Positions 36,109-49,568 are shown, counted from the first letter of the stretch. The stretch is DNA of 64,000 nucleotides from Adineta vaga (GCA_021613535.1 CP075496.1:11904001-11968000), one strand, 5' to 3'. Made by a program: numbers and translations. The notes: a model not told the origin generated them from the sequence alone.

Positions 36109-37428
36109 TTTTGTTATCAATACGAAGAAAAAATCGAAAATCTACAATTTTATTGATTATCAACCATACTATGCAAAAAGAACGAAGAAGACGAAAAGAA
36201 AAATGTTACGTAAATGAGCCGTATAAAATCGACAAATAAAATAACCACGGTTGTCACTTATGAACCACTATCGTATTCTTCTAAAGAGCTACCATCAATG
36301 GCAAAAAAAATATATTCTTGCTGACAAGGTAATGTAACGACGTGTTTGAATAGCGACCGAATATTATGAACAAGAAAAAGAACAAAAAAAAAAGGAGAAG
36401 AAGTACAGAGAACCTTGCTTGATTATTGGTAATAGTCATGTCCAATGATGAAAAGAGTTAAATTATTTCATCTAGTGACATACTCATTCGTGAGATTATA
36501 TCTTTACTTATAATTAACTTCAGTTTTGTGAAGACTATAAAATATGATGTTCGTTCTGTTCTCTGAATGATATATATATATATATATATATTGCAGAGAA
36601 ATTCATTCAAGAATTTGATATCAAAAATCATTTCTCACTTTGTATGAAAATACTATACTCGTGCAGTGTTTCGAATATTTTCAAAAATAGAGTATTCTTC
36701 TCTTTTAATAAACAATACCTTTTCTAACGCTTTGAATAACTGATAACGGATCCGACTATTATGTACATTGGAAAATGAAATATACAGAAAACAGTTTATT
36801 CTCACCTATTCTTTGTTGTATGTTACAATACCATCATATATGATTCTATTACAGAAATGAGGAAAATGTTCCTGTATTGTCAACATGTTTCATTCTTTGT
36901 CATTATTATTTACTTGAAATAAATTGGATTAACTGCATATGTGGAATCTATTTAGATTATAGGAAATGATATTAACAGGAAAAAAACGAGAACTATAAAA
37001 TCGGATTTTACCTGTGAATGATTAAAAACTAGATAGAGTTATTTTATTCTTAACAGGAACAAATTATGAATAATCATGACAGATTGAGATATGACTTTTT
37101 TCTTGTATAAAACCAACAACATTTTATTGCCTCTCACGAGTTGAAAATCATTACATCATGTGATATTTTATTAACTCATCATAATTGATTACCGTGTATG
37201 ATGTGTTAAATGCATAATATGTTTCTTTGTATCCGAGAAAACAGTATCAATAAAATCAAACATAAGTCATCTCATTTGTATTCTTTCTTTTCATCTTCAT
37301 TATGCTTCAATGTAGGCTCCTATCTGCATAAAATTCCAGATGAACAATTAACTTAACAATATCAATTCAACTGTTTATTTCTGAAAAAAATCATCAAATT
37401 TGTATCATTATGAAAAATAAACGTTTTT

Positions 37429-38507
37429 TTAAGAAAAGATTTCATTATTGTTTTGAGATACACGTTTTTTATTGGCATCTTTCTTGAATATACCTCTTTT
37501 AAGTTCCCGCAATACGTTTTGATATGATTGATAACTATCAATATTTCGTTTGTAAAAATCTATAGAAAAACATCTGTTTTTAAGTTTTCCGTTCTAAAGA
37601 ATTCGATTGATGAACTTTACTTTTTTCACAGTGTTCACCATAGCGATCATTCGGGCATTGACAATAATACGTAGTTTGAAGAGAAATACATTGACCCGTA
37701 TTACAAATATATGGTCGACAATGATCATTAGTATACGTTGAACTATGATATTCTACTAAGACAATAATAGTAAAATATTGTTTTCAGATTCATTTTAAAT
37801 ACGTACTTGTTTGACAATTATTTCCTAAAGTAAATGTCTATTACAGATAAAACATCGATGACTATCTCATTCTTACCGTAATATTCCTTTGTACATTGAC
37901 ACCAATAATCATCATGCACATTTAAACAAGTACCACCATTTTGACAGGGTGATCTATAGCACGCATCGGCTAGAAAGTAAATTTTGTACATATATTCAAC
38001 ACAGTTTTGCATAACATACGAATTCCACAATAGATTCCTCGCCATGGACCGACACATTTACAATCATATGTATATTGTCCTTTTGCAATACAGATACTTC
38101 CATGTTCACAAGCATGTGAAGCACAAGCACTTGATGATGGATATGAAGGTGAATTTGTACTTTGTTGAGATGACACCGGTGATTCTGTAGAAAAATTTAC
38201 AATTTAAAATAAAATATATGAGGTAGTTACTCACTGGCAGTTGATGCTGGGTATACAAGACTATTAAGAACACTTGGTGGCCGTTGTGTTGAACCTATTC
38301 CTGATTGCGATGATAGAATTCGTTTTAATAAGCGATATGCTTTATCACTATCATCAGCGCTTTCTAGTCCTCTATTGTCTAGATTAAAAAATTCTTTGTA
38401 ACTCGATTCTAAGTTATTTTTCACTTACTATAGCGTCGTGCGTCTAAGAATTGAACGATTAATAGAAATACGAAAAAAATCGAAACGAATATCGTATATT
38501 GTGACAT
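37429..38507 (-). CDS. Secreted protein with three EGF-like domains and dibasic sites
   Basis: Signal peptide MSQYTIFVSIFFVFLLIVQFLDA. EGF domains CASHACEHGSIC..CKC..GIYC, CYRSPCQNGGTC..CQC..YG|NNC and CRPYICNTGQC..CQC..YGEHC. No TM segment. The 3' end is uncertain (possible further intron at ~37493). Confidence 0.8.
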
Positions 38508-39413
38508 AGAATTGATGTTATAAATCAAAATACTGAAGTAATTGAGAATGATCAACAATATGTCAGTGATTTGTGTTATTCTATTTTATGTATATATATA
38601 TATATATCACGAGATTTGATTACAAAACGATATGAAAAAGAATGGCAATAGAGATTATATGTATTCTTATCAAACCATTTATTCGTTTTTCAAGTGAAAC
38701 GAAACAAAAGATTTTAGCAATAAATTATAAAGAAAGATATTTTTATTTTCTGCATAATTCTTTACGTTTGCCAAAATTATATGCTTTCTCTTAATTTTTG
38801 CAAGAAAAATATATTAGGAGTAAATGAGAATCTCGCAAATCTTTGTCGCTCAAGACTAATGCATATTCTCAATATTTCATATCTTAAGTCAATATTGACA
38901 GATCAATTTGTGATTATATCAATCCAATCTTGACTACAGAATTGTATGCCTCATTGATATCGACCTAGATCAAATATAAAAAAGCTTAGATTTTAGAATA
39001 CAAACTGTAATTGATGTTGGACGTGTAGCCGATATTCTATAATAATGAACATTGTTTTTTTTATAAATAATGCAACCTCTTTTATGTATTTTGATGCATT
39101 AAAATACTCGCTAATCCATCAGAAGCATGAGCTGCCTAGTTTGAATTCGAATAGAACTGCACATTCAACTATTTGATATCACTTCGAAAATAAATCACGA
39201 AACTTCAGCTAGAGTTTTTCCATAGAATAGAAATAGATTTTCTTCTATCTAATTTAGTTAGTACATATGTCATCATAGTACTTAAGAATATCCGAATAGT
39301 TATTATTCTCATATTAAACTTGACTTATATCGTCTAGATAAGTACTAGGATCTATATTAATATGTGGCCAAATAAAATCCAGATACTATTGTTAATTTCA
39401 ACGAGTCATCTAC

Positions 39414-39532
39414 GCTTACGGCCATACCACGTTGAATACACCAGTTCTCGTCCGATCACTGAAGTTAAGCAACGTCGGGCTCGGTTAGTACTTGGATGGG
39501 TGACCGCCTGGGAATACCGAGTGTCGTAAGCT
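39414..39532 (+). rRNA. 5S rRNA: 5S ribosomal RNA
   Basis: GCTTACGGCCATACCACGTTGAA..CCGATC..GAAGTTAAGC..TTAGTACTTGGATGGGTGACCGCCTGGGAATACC..GTCGTAAGC; the terminal helix pairs, and Box A and Box C are present; ~119 nt. Confidence 0.97.
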
Positions 39533-39547
39533 TTTTTAATTTTTTTT
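39532..39547 (+). terminator. RNA polymerase III terminator (oligo-T)
   Basis: TTTTTT directly after the 5S 3' end, followed by a second T run. Confidence 0.85.
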
Positions 39548-40443
39548 GTGTAAATATTTTTGTTGAGCATTGTACATATTCTATAGGCATATTATTGATT
39601 GATAGACAACGTATCAACAATGGTTTAATTTTTGTCATTGAACGAGATTTTGTTTTCTATAGGTAATATGGAGTCGGATTAGCAATCATTTATTGAGACG
39701 CAGCTTTTTTTTAATGTTACTCTTTATCATAAGCACGTAGCAGTAACTGATCGTCTAGGGTTAGTCGTTTGATCAATATTGAATAGTTATCATTCTATGT
39801 AAAACATATTGACATAGACATCGCTCTTAACATATAACAAATCAAATAGTAAACTCTTACAATTTTAAATATCAATATTTTGTTAAGTAGATTTCTTTGT
39901 GTAAATGAAATATCATCTCTGCTCACACAAATTAATTACCATAACACATATTTAATTATTATTGTAAGAAATATACAAGAAAAACAAACGTCTAGTTTAT
40001 AAATATCAAGTAAGATTGTATCAAAATGAAGAAAGAAGAACAGATCTTGTCATTTTATATATAAAATTAGGAATGCATATTGACGATAAGACTAAATTCA
40101 TACACGTAAGGAACCAGATAAGTAAAAAAAACTGTACAACAACATCATAAAAAAAAGACAAAGAAAACACTGTCACAAAAGAGAAAAACTTTTGAGGAAA
40201 ATAAAAACAGTAAATGATGTTTTGCAAATAGTTTATACGTATAAAGTAGATTATATATATATATAAATCTTCCACTGAGAAATAGAAGGCAAAGACTAAA
40301 AAACAACGAAAACTGATTTCTATAATATCAAAAAATGTATTTTTCATCAATTTCTTCGATATAATGGAAATTTATCGGAACGAGTCGTGGATGAAGAAAA
40401 TCGGCCGGAATTAATATATTGTGAATTAGGTGCGGCCAAATGT

Positions 40444-43400
40444 TTATTGGAGCCTAACTCGAGTGAGATTGTACTCGCCTTGTTGCTGTTCTGTCGATCG
40501 TCTATAATAAATAAAAGAAAATATGGATTAGTATTGTTTTTGTACTGTAGTCAAGATTTTATAGCAGAAAATAAGCGAAGCTCAAGTGCAAAAGCATTAA
40601 TTCCAATCAAAAAAGAAAAATGATGAAAATCAATGGATAATAAGAGATGAAGATATAAGCGCACAACCAGTGGCAAAAAAAAATTAAGCGTGGTAATGAA
40701 GCAATCATCGGTCCCATGAAAAGTGGACACGAATGTGAAACATTGGACATACGGCAACGGTGTTTGTTCATGTTCTGGAGAGTAACCAACATAATAACCC
40801 AAATCGTCGTTTTCACTTGGTCCACTTCTTGTTCGCGTAGATATTGGATACTCTCTATCATTAGTACGATTGTAAACTGGAAGATTTGCTGGTGCATTAA
40901 CATCACCAAGGCGAGGTTGTTGTTGATGATTTTGGGTAGTTACTAATGGTACCGTATCACTATGAATACTATCGGTACCACGTCGATAAGAATTATTATC
41001 ACGTGACAATCGTTCAAGCGGTGGTATACGACCAAAATTACGACGTGGCATCGATCCTAATGTTGGTTGAGCTTGTGTTGGTTCTTCAAAGTATCTTAGT
41101 GACGTTTGTGATGTCCCTTTGGGATCTTCTCGTTTGTCTACATTGAAAACAACAATTATAACGATATTTATATGTATCTAAACAACTTTAGACATTGTCT
41201 TTTCTCATCATGCACAAACAAGAAAGTATGAAAATATAAGAACAACAAATAAGTGTCATATCTATTTATATCTAGACATAGAAAAAAAAACGGTTCTAAA
41301 ATTTAACTCACGGGTTGCATCATAGATCGTATATTCGATCATTCTTTCTGTATTAGAGGATAAATTTGTTCGAATGATGTTTTTTTGAAAGAAAAAATAT
41401 AAAACTCGCTATTGTATATTTACCTGGTAATTTGATTGAAGCACCTTTATATGGACCATTGCGATTAACACATGCCTTAATTTCCATTAGCACCAGGATA
41501 ATGATCAGAATGCCCATATAAATAAACCAAACGACCCAAACAGGTAACGGTAATACAGCAAGAAAAACACCTAAGGATATGTTTACTAATCCAAGTGATA
41601 GAACAATTGCACCTAAAATACGGTGAATAATACGCCATGCACCTTCACCAGCCCATGCATCATATTCAAATCTGTCTTGACTTGATTTATGACTTGAATC
41701 ATCAAGACGTTCTCTATTGTCACGTAGACGTCTCTTGAGAAATGCAGCACCAAATCTTCAAATAAGAAATAAGTTTAATTAAAATAAATATAAAATGAAC
41801 ATACAGTCCGACAACAAATTGGAAGATCGTTAAGATAAATGTGATAATACCAATAATTGCATGAGCATGTCTAAAATGAAGCCATGATGGTGTACGAACA
41901 GAATGAACACCAAACGCAAAACCACATATAGCTAATGCAACACCAAAAAGCTATGAAAAAAAAACAAGAATTTCGTATTTCATCTCCGTACTAATTTTAA
42001 TGTTTATCTACTTGTAAACCCATATGTAATTTTCGTCGAAGATTTGCATTTGAAGTATGACGGCCAACTAAATAACCAACGGGAAAAATGATACCATATG
42101 TAAAAAATTGAAATATGCCATGGAGGTGATAGAATGAAAATGGATAAGTACATCCACGTGTACCAGGCGCATTCAATGCATCTTGTGGTGATGCTTGTAA
42201 AAACCAAAGATCCGAAAGTAAACGACGATCACTAGAACGCAGAGATATATAATAAAAAAAAGTAATCATCAAAATATACTTACACTGTTGCTCGTCCACC
42301 AAAAACAAACATACCAGGCACACCTTGAAAACAACCAGCAACATAAGCAGCACCTTCTCTTTGCATTGGATAACTGCCATCCTATGAAAAACGATACACT
42401 TAAGTTTCAATATTGATTTTATAGTTCAATTACGTACAGTTGGAGATGGGGCTGCTCTTTTTAAGTACCATTCTTTTTTATTCAGACTGAAAACACCTAT
42501 TTCATCACGTGGACTAGGATATGTCTATTGAGAAGAAAAAAAAATAATCATTCTAAAAGGTCGAATTCAATTTTATATGACATACACGAATCGATGATGG
42601 ATTATATTCACGACCACCCCATAAAACAGCAATGGGTTGATCCATGGCTGCATTCATATTTGCAGATGCGTCTGCTGCATTTTGACCCATGGAAGCACAT
42701 GTACTGTAGGATGGAATCGTAACCATAGCAGCACCTGTTTTTGTTGGTGGACATTCACCTAATCGTTCCCAATGTCCACGATCAAGATGTAATAACCAAG
42801 AGTCTTTTGAAGGACAAGGTCCACCTTTTCCATAACCACTTAAAATCGAGAGCGAAAAAAAAGGAGAAATATGCATATGCAAAGATAGATACACGAATTA
42901 ATTCTAATACCTTAAACAGCCACCAAAAAGTAAAAGCTGATTGTCTGTCAATAATGCGGTTGAATGTCCATAACGAGCATGTGGATATGCTGGACTAAAT
43001 GAGTGTAAATCATACATAACTACAGTTGAAAAAGAAACATGAACTTTAAATATTTATCTATTGCAAGATTCTTTACTAATGGCAGATTGTGTTGTACCAG
43101 ATTGACTAAGACCCGATGAACCTTCTCCAATAGTTTCAACTGTTGAATACATTCCATCATGAGATTTACCCATACTATAAAGAACTTTTGGAATACCATT
43201 GGTATAAGGGGATGCAGCTGCTGATCCAAATCCACGTGCATATTGAGATGTTTGTGTTTGTTGCCAAGTTTTCGATCTAATTCAAAAGAAAAGAGTGAAA
43301 TGAAAATACAATTTAGTATATCAAATACATACGCATAACTAAGATACCAAGCATCCTGTAATGGATAGTAATTTTCATCAATACGATCATCGTTATCAAT

Positions 43401-43972
43401 ATATTTATTCTCCTTATTATAACCTGTTCCACTCATTGGATTATAATTTGGATTATTAACAAAATCAGGATTGTTCATTAATATAGGATTTTGTATAAAA
43501 TTCGGTGGTGTTGCATAATTATAATTAGTATCTTGGTGATTCGCTCCTAACGATAAATATGGATTATAATTTATTGATGAACCTTGTACACCAAAACCGC
43601 CGAATATGTATAAACCACCATTGATTGAACTAGCTGATGCCATACCATAACGACTAGTAGGTGGTTGTGGAAATGTTAATGTATCCCATTGACCTAAAGA
43701 TTCGATTGAATTGATGTATTATGTTCATATGAAATGAGTATACCTGTTAGAAGATTAAATGCATAACAATCTTGAAGTGGTACTCCTGTTTGAGTTCGTC
43801 CACCATATAGAATAAGAAACGTTTGATCAAAACCAAGAGCAGCATCACGTCGTGCTACAGGTGTATCCATACTTGTCCCATCGGTTAGTAGAAACCATTG
43901 AAATTGTTGTGTACGAACAGTTGTTAGAAATATTAGAAAAAAAGGAAGATATTTCAATATATCGAGGAACAT
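40444..43972 (-). CDS. Signal peptide + Kelch-repeat beta-propeller + cytochrome b561 (CYBDOM-type) transmembrane domain + disordered cytosolic tail
   Basis: Signal MFLDILKYLPFFLIFLTTVRT. Kelch motifs LILYGG, LYIFGG, RYGHST..LLLFGG, VLWGG, MFVFGG..LSDLW. TM part: YHLHGIFQFFTYGIIFPVG, KLHMGLQ, HAHAIIG, WRIIHRILG..NISLG, plus a fifth helix. The 3' end exon (RSTEQQQGEYNLTRVRLQ*) is less certain. Confidence 0.85.
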
Positions 43973-45460
43973 CTAGAAAATCAAAAGAAAAGAAATGTTC
44001 AAGTTTTAAATGATGCAATGATTGTTTTAAATCAGATGTTTATTTTTCATCTGTATATCGTGCATTTTTTATTACCATTTGTAAGCATCAGTCGATCAAT
44101 CTTTTTTTCCTCTCGTTCTCACTTGTATACGCGAAATTTTATTTTCGTCACACGTTAATATGATCAAGATAAAAAAAAAGAAACTAGATTTGTTATACGA
44201 TGTACAGTATGTATAGTCAAACGTGTGAAATAAAGACATATTCTGTCCGTAATGATGGAATAACTTGTCCTTTTTTCTGTCTCTTTCTCGTTTTTTTAGA
44301 ATACACTTTCTGTTTGAAGGTTGGATAGCATGCATACATGCTCGGCTACGTAATCTTTGATTACTCAAACATTTTTTTTTCTACAGGAAGGAAAAAAAGC
44401 CGCAAAAAAAGAAATTTATGTGACAGTTTTACCTGGATAAATTCTTCACTTTCTTTCTTTCGTCAAATAATGTTGTTGGTGACTTGCCTGTACGTAAAAG
44501 AATAACTCATTTTTTTGCTCGTTCTTTTTTCTTCTCTTTCTATTTCTTGTTCTCTTCGAGTCTTTTGGAAGGTAGCGCAATACATAGAGGAAGATCATAA
44601 AATGTGTATGTCTGTATGGCACACATACATACACGGTCTTATATGTCCGTCTACGACTTGTTCACTGACGGGTCGATCACTAGACCACAATAAGTGTAAT
44701 TTATAACCGCATGGCGCAAAGAGAAATAGAGGAGTCTATGAACTTTTTTCCTTTTACCTCCGTTCAATCTCGTTGTCGCACGAGTGCAAACAGAAGAACG
44801 GTACAATTTTTTTCTCTTCTCTTATTCATTTATGTTCAAACTTTCAATTACGACATCACTATGTTCGACTAACGTTACTGTGTACATACGAAGGAAGACA
44901 GATGTCTATGAGATTGAAGATAAAGCCCAATCGAAGAAAGAAGAAGAAAAAAAAACAAAAAAAAACGAAAAATGTATGATAAGAATGTATTTTTTACTAC
45001 AACGATCCAACCAAAATAAAAGAACAGAATGAGTATGGAATATTATTCATTAAAAAGAAGTTCTACTGCAAAAATGACAAGGCTGCAAATACACATGGTG
45101 CATGTAAAGAATAAGAGAGATACAACATTTCTTCTCGTCGTTTATACTAGGTGACCTAGTTCGGGAGATGTCCTGAAATCAGTGACATCTCTATTTAGCA
45201 TTCGTTTCATCCTGTAAAGTACACAGTTCAAGGGAAATGACTTCATGGACTTGAGAATTGCAAATTAAAAAAAAATCTTGAGTTTTACTGATGAATCAGT
45301 TGTATATATCGTCATTGTTTGTTTTCTAGAGTCATTATTTGTAGTTCAAAGTGACATCATTAGCGTTCTGTACATTGCATCATCTAGTCAACTAATTCAA
45401 GGCTCTATAAAGAGATTTATTTTTCTATGTGAAAAACAATCATACAAAAAAAAAAGAATT

Positions 45461-46648
45461 ATGTCTACTGATCCAGATACTGTTGTTCTTATTATTGGTG
45501 GTGGTCTTGGAGGCCTTGCTCTTGCTCAACTGTTATTACAAAGTTCATCGTCGATTAAAGTACTAATATTTGAACGTGACGAAGATGAACATGCACGTGA
45601 ACAAGGCTATTGTATTGGTATTGATAGTATGGGACTCGATGTATTAAACAAAATTCAAGTATTGAATTATCTGTTATCTGATGAATCCGGTGCCTTCTAT
45701 TCTCTATCATTCTTTCGAATTCTTAATCGATATCTTCAAAAAATATTAGATTTTAATGCCAGAGGTAGTAAATTAATTTATCGAGAAGATCTTCGGCAAG
45801 CTCTATTGAAAAATCTTGATATTCAATGGAATAAACGATTTATTTCTTACAAAATATTAGATGATGGTATCGAAGCAAATTTTGAAGATGGTACATCTGC
45901 TCGTGGAACAATTTTAATCGGTTGTGATGGAGCAAAATCATTAGTTCGGGCTCAATTGATTCCAGAATTTGAACGAACTGATCTTCATATTATTAATACA
46001 GGCGGTACTGTTGAACAATATGATGATTTGAAAAAAATCCATCAAATAAGCAAAGATAGTCTGGTACGAATATTAGGTAAACAAGGACATACATTACTTA
46101 TATTACCATTTCGACAATTATGGATGTGGGCTCTTTCATGGCCAGAACAAGAAGATCGTGAGGAAAGAAATATTTCATCAGACCAATTAGTTAACAAAGT
46201 TCGTCAATATTTTAATGATGAAGAAATTGTTCGTTTAATTGAACGTAGTGCACCATCCACATATATTGGTCCTTTTCGAATGCATTCTGCTTTATGTTTA
46301 AAACAAAATCCATTTCCAAATAATCCTCGAGTTACTCTGTTAGGTGATGCTGCTCATCCTATGACAACACACGCCGGCAAAGGTGCTAATACTGCCTTTG
46401 CTGATGCAATGGATCTTGCTGATCTACTTTTAAATCCATCCTCATCATCTCTAGCAGAATACGAACAAAAAATGTTTAAACGTGGTTTTGCTGCTGTTCG
46501 AATGTCACTCGGTAGTACAAACATGATTCATCTAACTGGTTGGTCAGCTCTATTACGTGATTCTATATTCTCTGTTATTCGTTATACAATGGCATTGATC
46601 AATGTAATTACAATGCCATATCATTGGTGTAAAAAAAAACATGATTAA
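45461..46648 (+). CDS. Group A FAD-dependent monooxygenase (UbiH/TetX/salicylate-hydroxylase-like), intronless, HGT candidate
   Basis: VLIIGGGLGGL (GxGxxG), IFERD, REQGY, LIGCDGAKS (DG motif), VTLLGDAAHPMTTHAGKGANTAFADA (GD motif). Single ~395-aa exon. CTATAA at ~45405. Confidence 0.9.
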   Translation: MSTDPDTVVLIIGGGLGGLALAQLLLQSSSSIKVLIFERDEDEHAREQGYCIGIDSMGLDVLNKIQVLNYLLSDESGAFYSLSFFRILNRYLQKILDFNARGSKLIYREDLRQALLKNLDIQWNKRFISYKILDDGIEANFEDGTSARGTILIGCDGAKSLVRAQLIPEFERTDLHIINTGGTVEQYDDLKKIHQISKDSLVRILGKQGHTLLILPFRQLWMWALSWPEQEDREERNISSDQLVNKVRQYFNDEEIVRLIERSAPSTYIGPFRMHSALCLKQNPFPNNPRVTLLGDAAHPMTTHAGKGANTAFADAMDLADLLLNPSSSSLAEYEQKMFKRGFAAVRMSLGSTNMIHLTGWSALLRDSIFSVIRYTMALINVITMPYHWCKKKHD

Positions 46649-48576
46649 ATATTACCTGTAGTAAAGAAGGACAGTCGTCATTATACACTAGTTGACAGTG
46701 ATGATAAACCGTAGTACATTTTTTCTGGCATCTAATTGAAGAAAGAAAAATGTAATAAAATGCATGAGAGATTTCTTTTTTTCTTACAACACTGCTTGTA
46801 CATCAAGTAGAGGAATATGAGAAGAATGACAAACTCGCGTTTATTTGCTCAAACTTTGTATCTAAATCGAATCGTAAAAAAACGATAGGTATTCAACTAT
46901 TTCCATTATTGTTCTCATGATTGAATCATCATTTATTGACATTTTAAAATGTAAAAATGAAGTAAAGAAAAGGAAAGAGAGTATCATTTGCTCTATAAAC
47001 ATATGTGTAAGAAACAAGAGTAGCGAATTAGAGATGTATCAATATATGAGAGGACGGTAGAATAACAAAAAAAATGAAAGTACAATACGTGATCAAGAGG
47101 ACTGAAATTTGATCGATACTTTTATATCTAAGATCAATGGCTTCTGTATGTGAGAATAAATTTATTTTTTTCTAAGAGATATTACTAAAAGAACGTGATC
47201 AGAAATGATTGATCTATGAGGTGTATAAGCTATTGAAAAACAATGATTGTAATATTATTTGTAAATGCTTATCATATTCTTCATCTGTTAACTATTGAAT
47301 TCTGATAATAATTAATATGAAGATTTGTTGTTGATTTTCTCGAGTACAAGGTTTTCTCTCTACGAAATATCTTCAAACAAAAAAAAGGGACGTAAAATTC
47401 GATTTTTTTATATGATCATCAAACGAAAAAAGGACGAGTAGTTCTTTGAAACATACTTCATATATAATCACTACTTCACTTATCTATAATTGATCTTTGA
47501 TTTTTTTTGTGTTACTCATTGTATGCGTAGGTAGTTATACTATTAATGTCGTATGAGAATAATAAACAGATAACAAATCCGTCTGTACTTCAATTATTCA
47601 AGGTTCCTGAAGCAAACAGATAAATTATTTATCACAAAATGGAAAAGATCTGTTTTTCTTTAATATTATAGATCTATAGTTCATTTTGATATCTACTATT
47701 GATACTATAAGAATCTATAAAGTTAGAAAGCCAATATACATGGTAACATAAAAATAATGTCAGTGAAATTAATTTTTTCGGAAATGTTTAAAACTTTGAT
47801 AGAAGAGAAAATGTCAATACTTATTTTTCGTTCTTATCGATTCACATTGATGTCACTATGGAATCAATCAAGTTAGTAGACGTGGTCTCGTACTCTAGTA
47901 GAATATATAATCTTGCATATATTATTTGATTCAATGATCATTAATAAGTCTTTTAAACGAATATGAAACAAACGATATCTGTGAATAAGAATTCGAATAG
48001 ACTTTCGAGTTCATGTGTTTTTGTGATTATACTTACAAATCATATTGAATTGCTTTACTAAGATCAGTGAACTATGGAAGTTCTATTTTAGTGATTCGCA
48101 GAAAATTGTTTATCCACGACATCACATCTATGCATTGACTATTGAATAAAAAAAGAAGCTGGGAGTACGTATATATCGTAATTTTGATATTCAGATTGAG
48201 TGAAATTAAAAAAGCATGTTTTTTTTTCAATGAATAATAATAATATTATGATATATTAGTATTTCTTCTGCGAATAGAATAGAAAAAGCAAAGATAATAA
48301 GTGAAGAATATCAAATATAAGAAATATAACTTCATTAATCACGCTAACGTGTACATATACAGATAAACATAAAGGAAAATGACAAAAAAACACTGTATTA
48401 ATATGCGCATTCAGCAAACTGAAATAACAGAAATATCGGGAAACGAAGACTTTTGACAAGGAAGAAATTAATGGTAGAAAATTTAAAGATAACAAATCAT
48501 TCATATTATGAAAAAGAGTCAAACAAAACTCGATGGTTTATTTTTATTAAGTTGAGCTGTATTATTGATTAATGTA

Positions 48577-49331
48577 TTATTTTTCTTGGCGACGTTTCAT
48601 TTTTGCTGAAGCATTAGCTACCTAGAAGAAATGTAAACGAAACCACAACACGACAATGGAAAGACTTTTGACGATGAAAATGCAAAAAGAAAACAAAATG
48701 ACGATAAAAAGTAGAAAGCATTGTCAAGAAAATAAATTAGAAATGTTTGAGCTACGCATTAAAGGTTACTTGCTATTATGACATGGGTGAGTATGTATGT
48801 TCTTTTAAGAGAAAAAAATCACGAGTAAAATATGTTAATAACTTTTCATACCGATTCTTCGAATTCTTTTTGTGCTTGATTAATAGCACGTTGAATATCA
48901 TCTTCGCCATGACTTAAACGTATCATTGGTCGAAGACGATTTTCTTCTTCTTTAAGATGATTTAAACGAGCACGTTGTATTTGTACTAAAGTATGTTGTT
49001 GATTTTCAGGTTCATCTTGACGTTGATTTGCTGCCAAATCATTCTCATCAATTGGTAAAGTTATATGTCCTTCTGGTATGTCTGTACCATTACTAGTAGT
49101 GGGTGCTGGATAGAGTGGTTCACGTTCTGATATTGAATGTTTTCGCTGTCGATGATTGGTATTATTTTGTGATAAATCATTATATTTCGGTAAGGAACTA
49201 ATATTTTGCCAAGCTTTCGTTCGACAACGTTTCATAAAAAATTTAATTAATAAACCGATAACACCAATGAGAATGAGTACACCTGGAATGCCCACACCGA
49301 GAATAAGCGCCCATTTTGATCCTGTATTCAT
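48577..49331 (-). CDS. Uncharacterised single-pass membrane protein with coiled-coil-like cytosolic tail
   Basis: N-terminal TM WALILGVGIPGVLILIGVIGLLI followed by KFFMKR (positive-inside). A donor gtatga after EES and an in-phase final exon 48577-48621 (VANASAKMKRRQEK*) are present. Confidence 0.7.
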
Positions 49332-49568
49332 ATTTTACTAATCCAATTTTCTTGTAATTCTTTCTTCATTAGGGATTAAAGGAAAAATGAGGAAGAAATA
49401 GAGAGAGACAGAGGAAAAAAAAGAGAAGAGACTAAACAAATAAGCAACAAAATAAATCTGAAAAGATAAATAAATAAATGATAAGAACAAAAACCATGAT
49501 GAGAAGCAAAAAAAAAGTGAAAAAAACAAACTTTTTATTGCTTTCTTTTCCTAGTTCTAGTCTTTATT

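Noticed and set aside
44096-45032. Several 60-90 aa ORFs between the Kelch-b561 gene and the monooxygenase
   Set aside because: Low-complexity, A/T-run-derived translations with no domain signal; probably UTR or promoter sequence.
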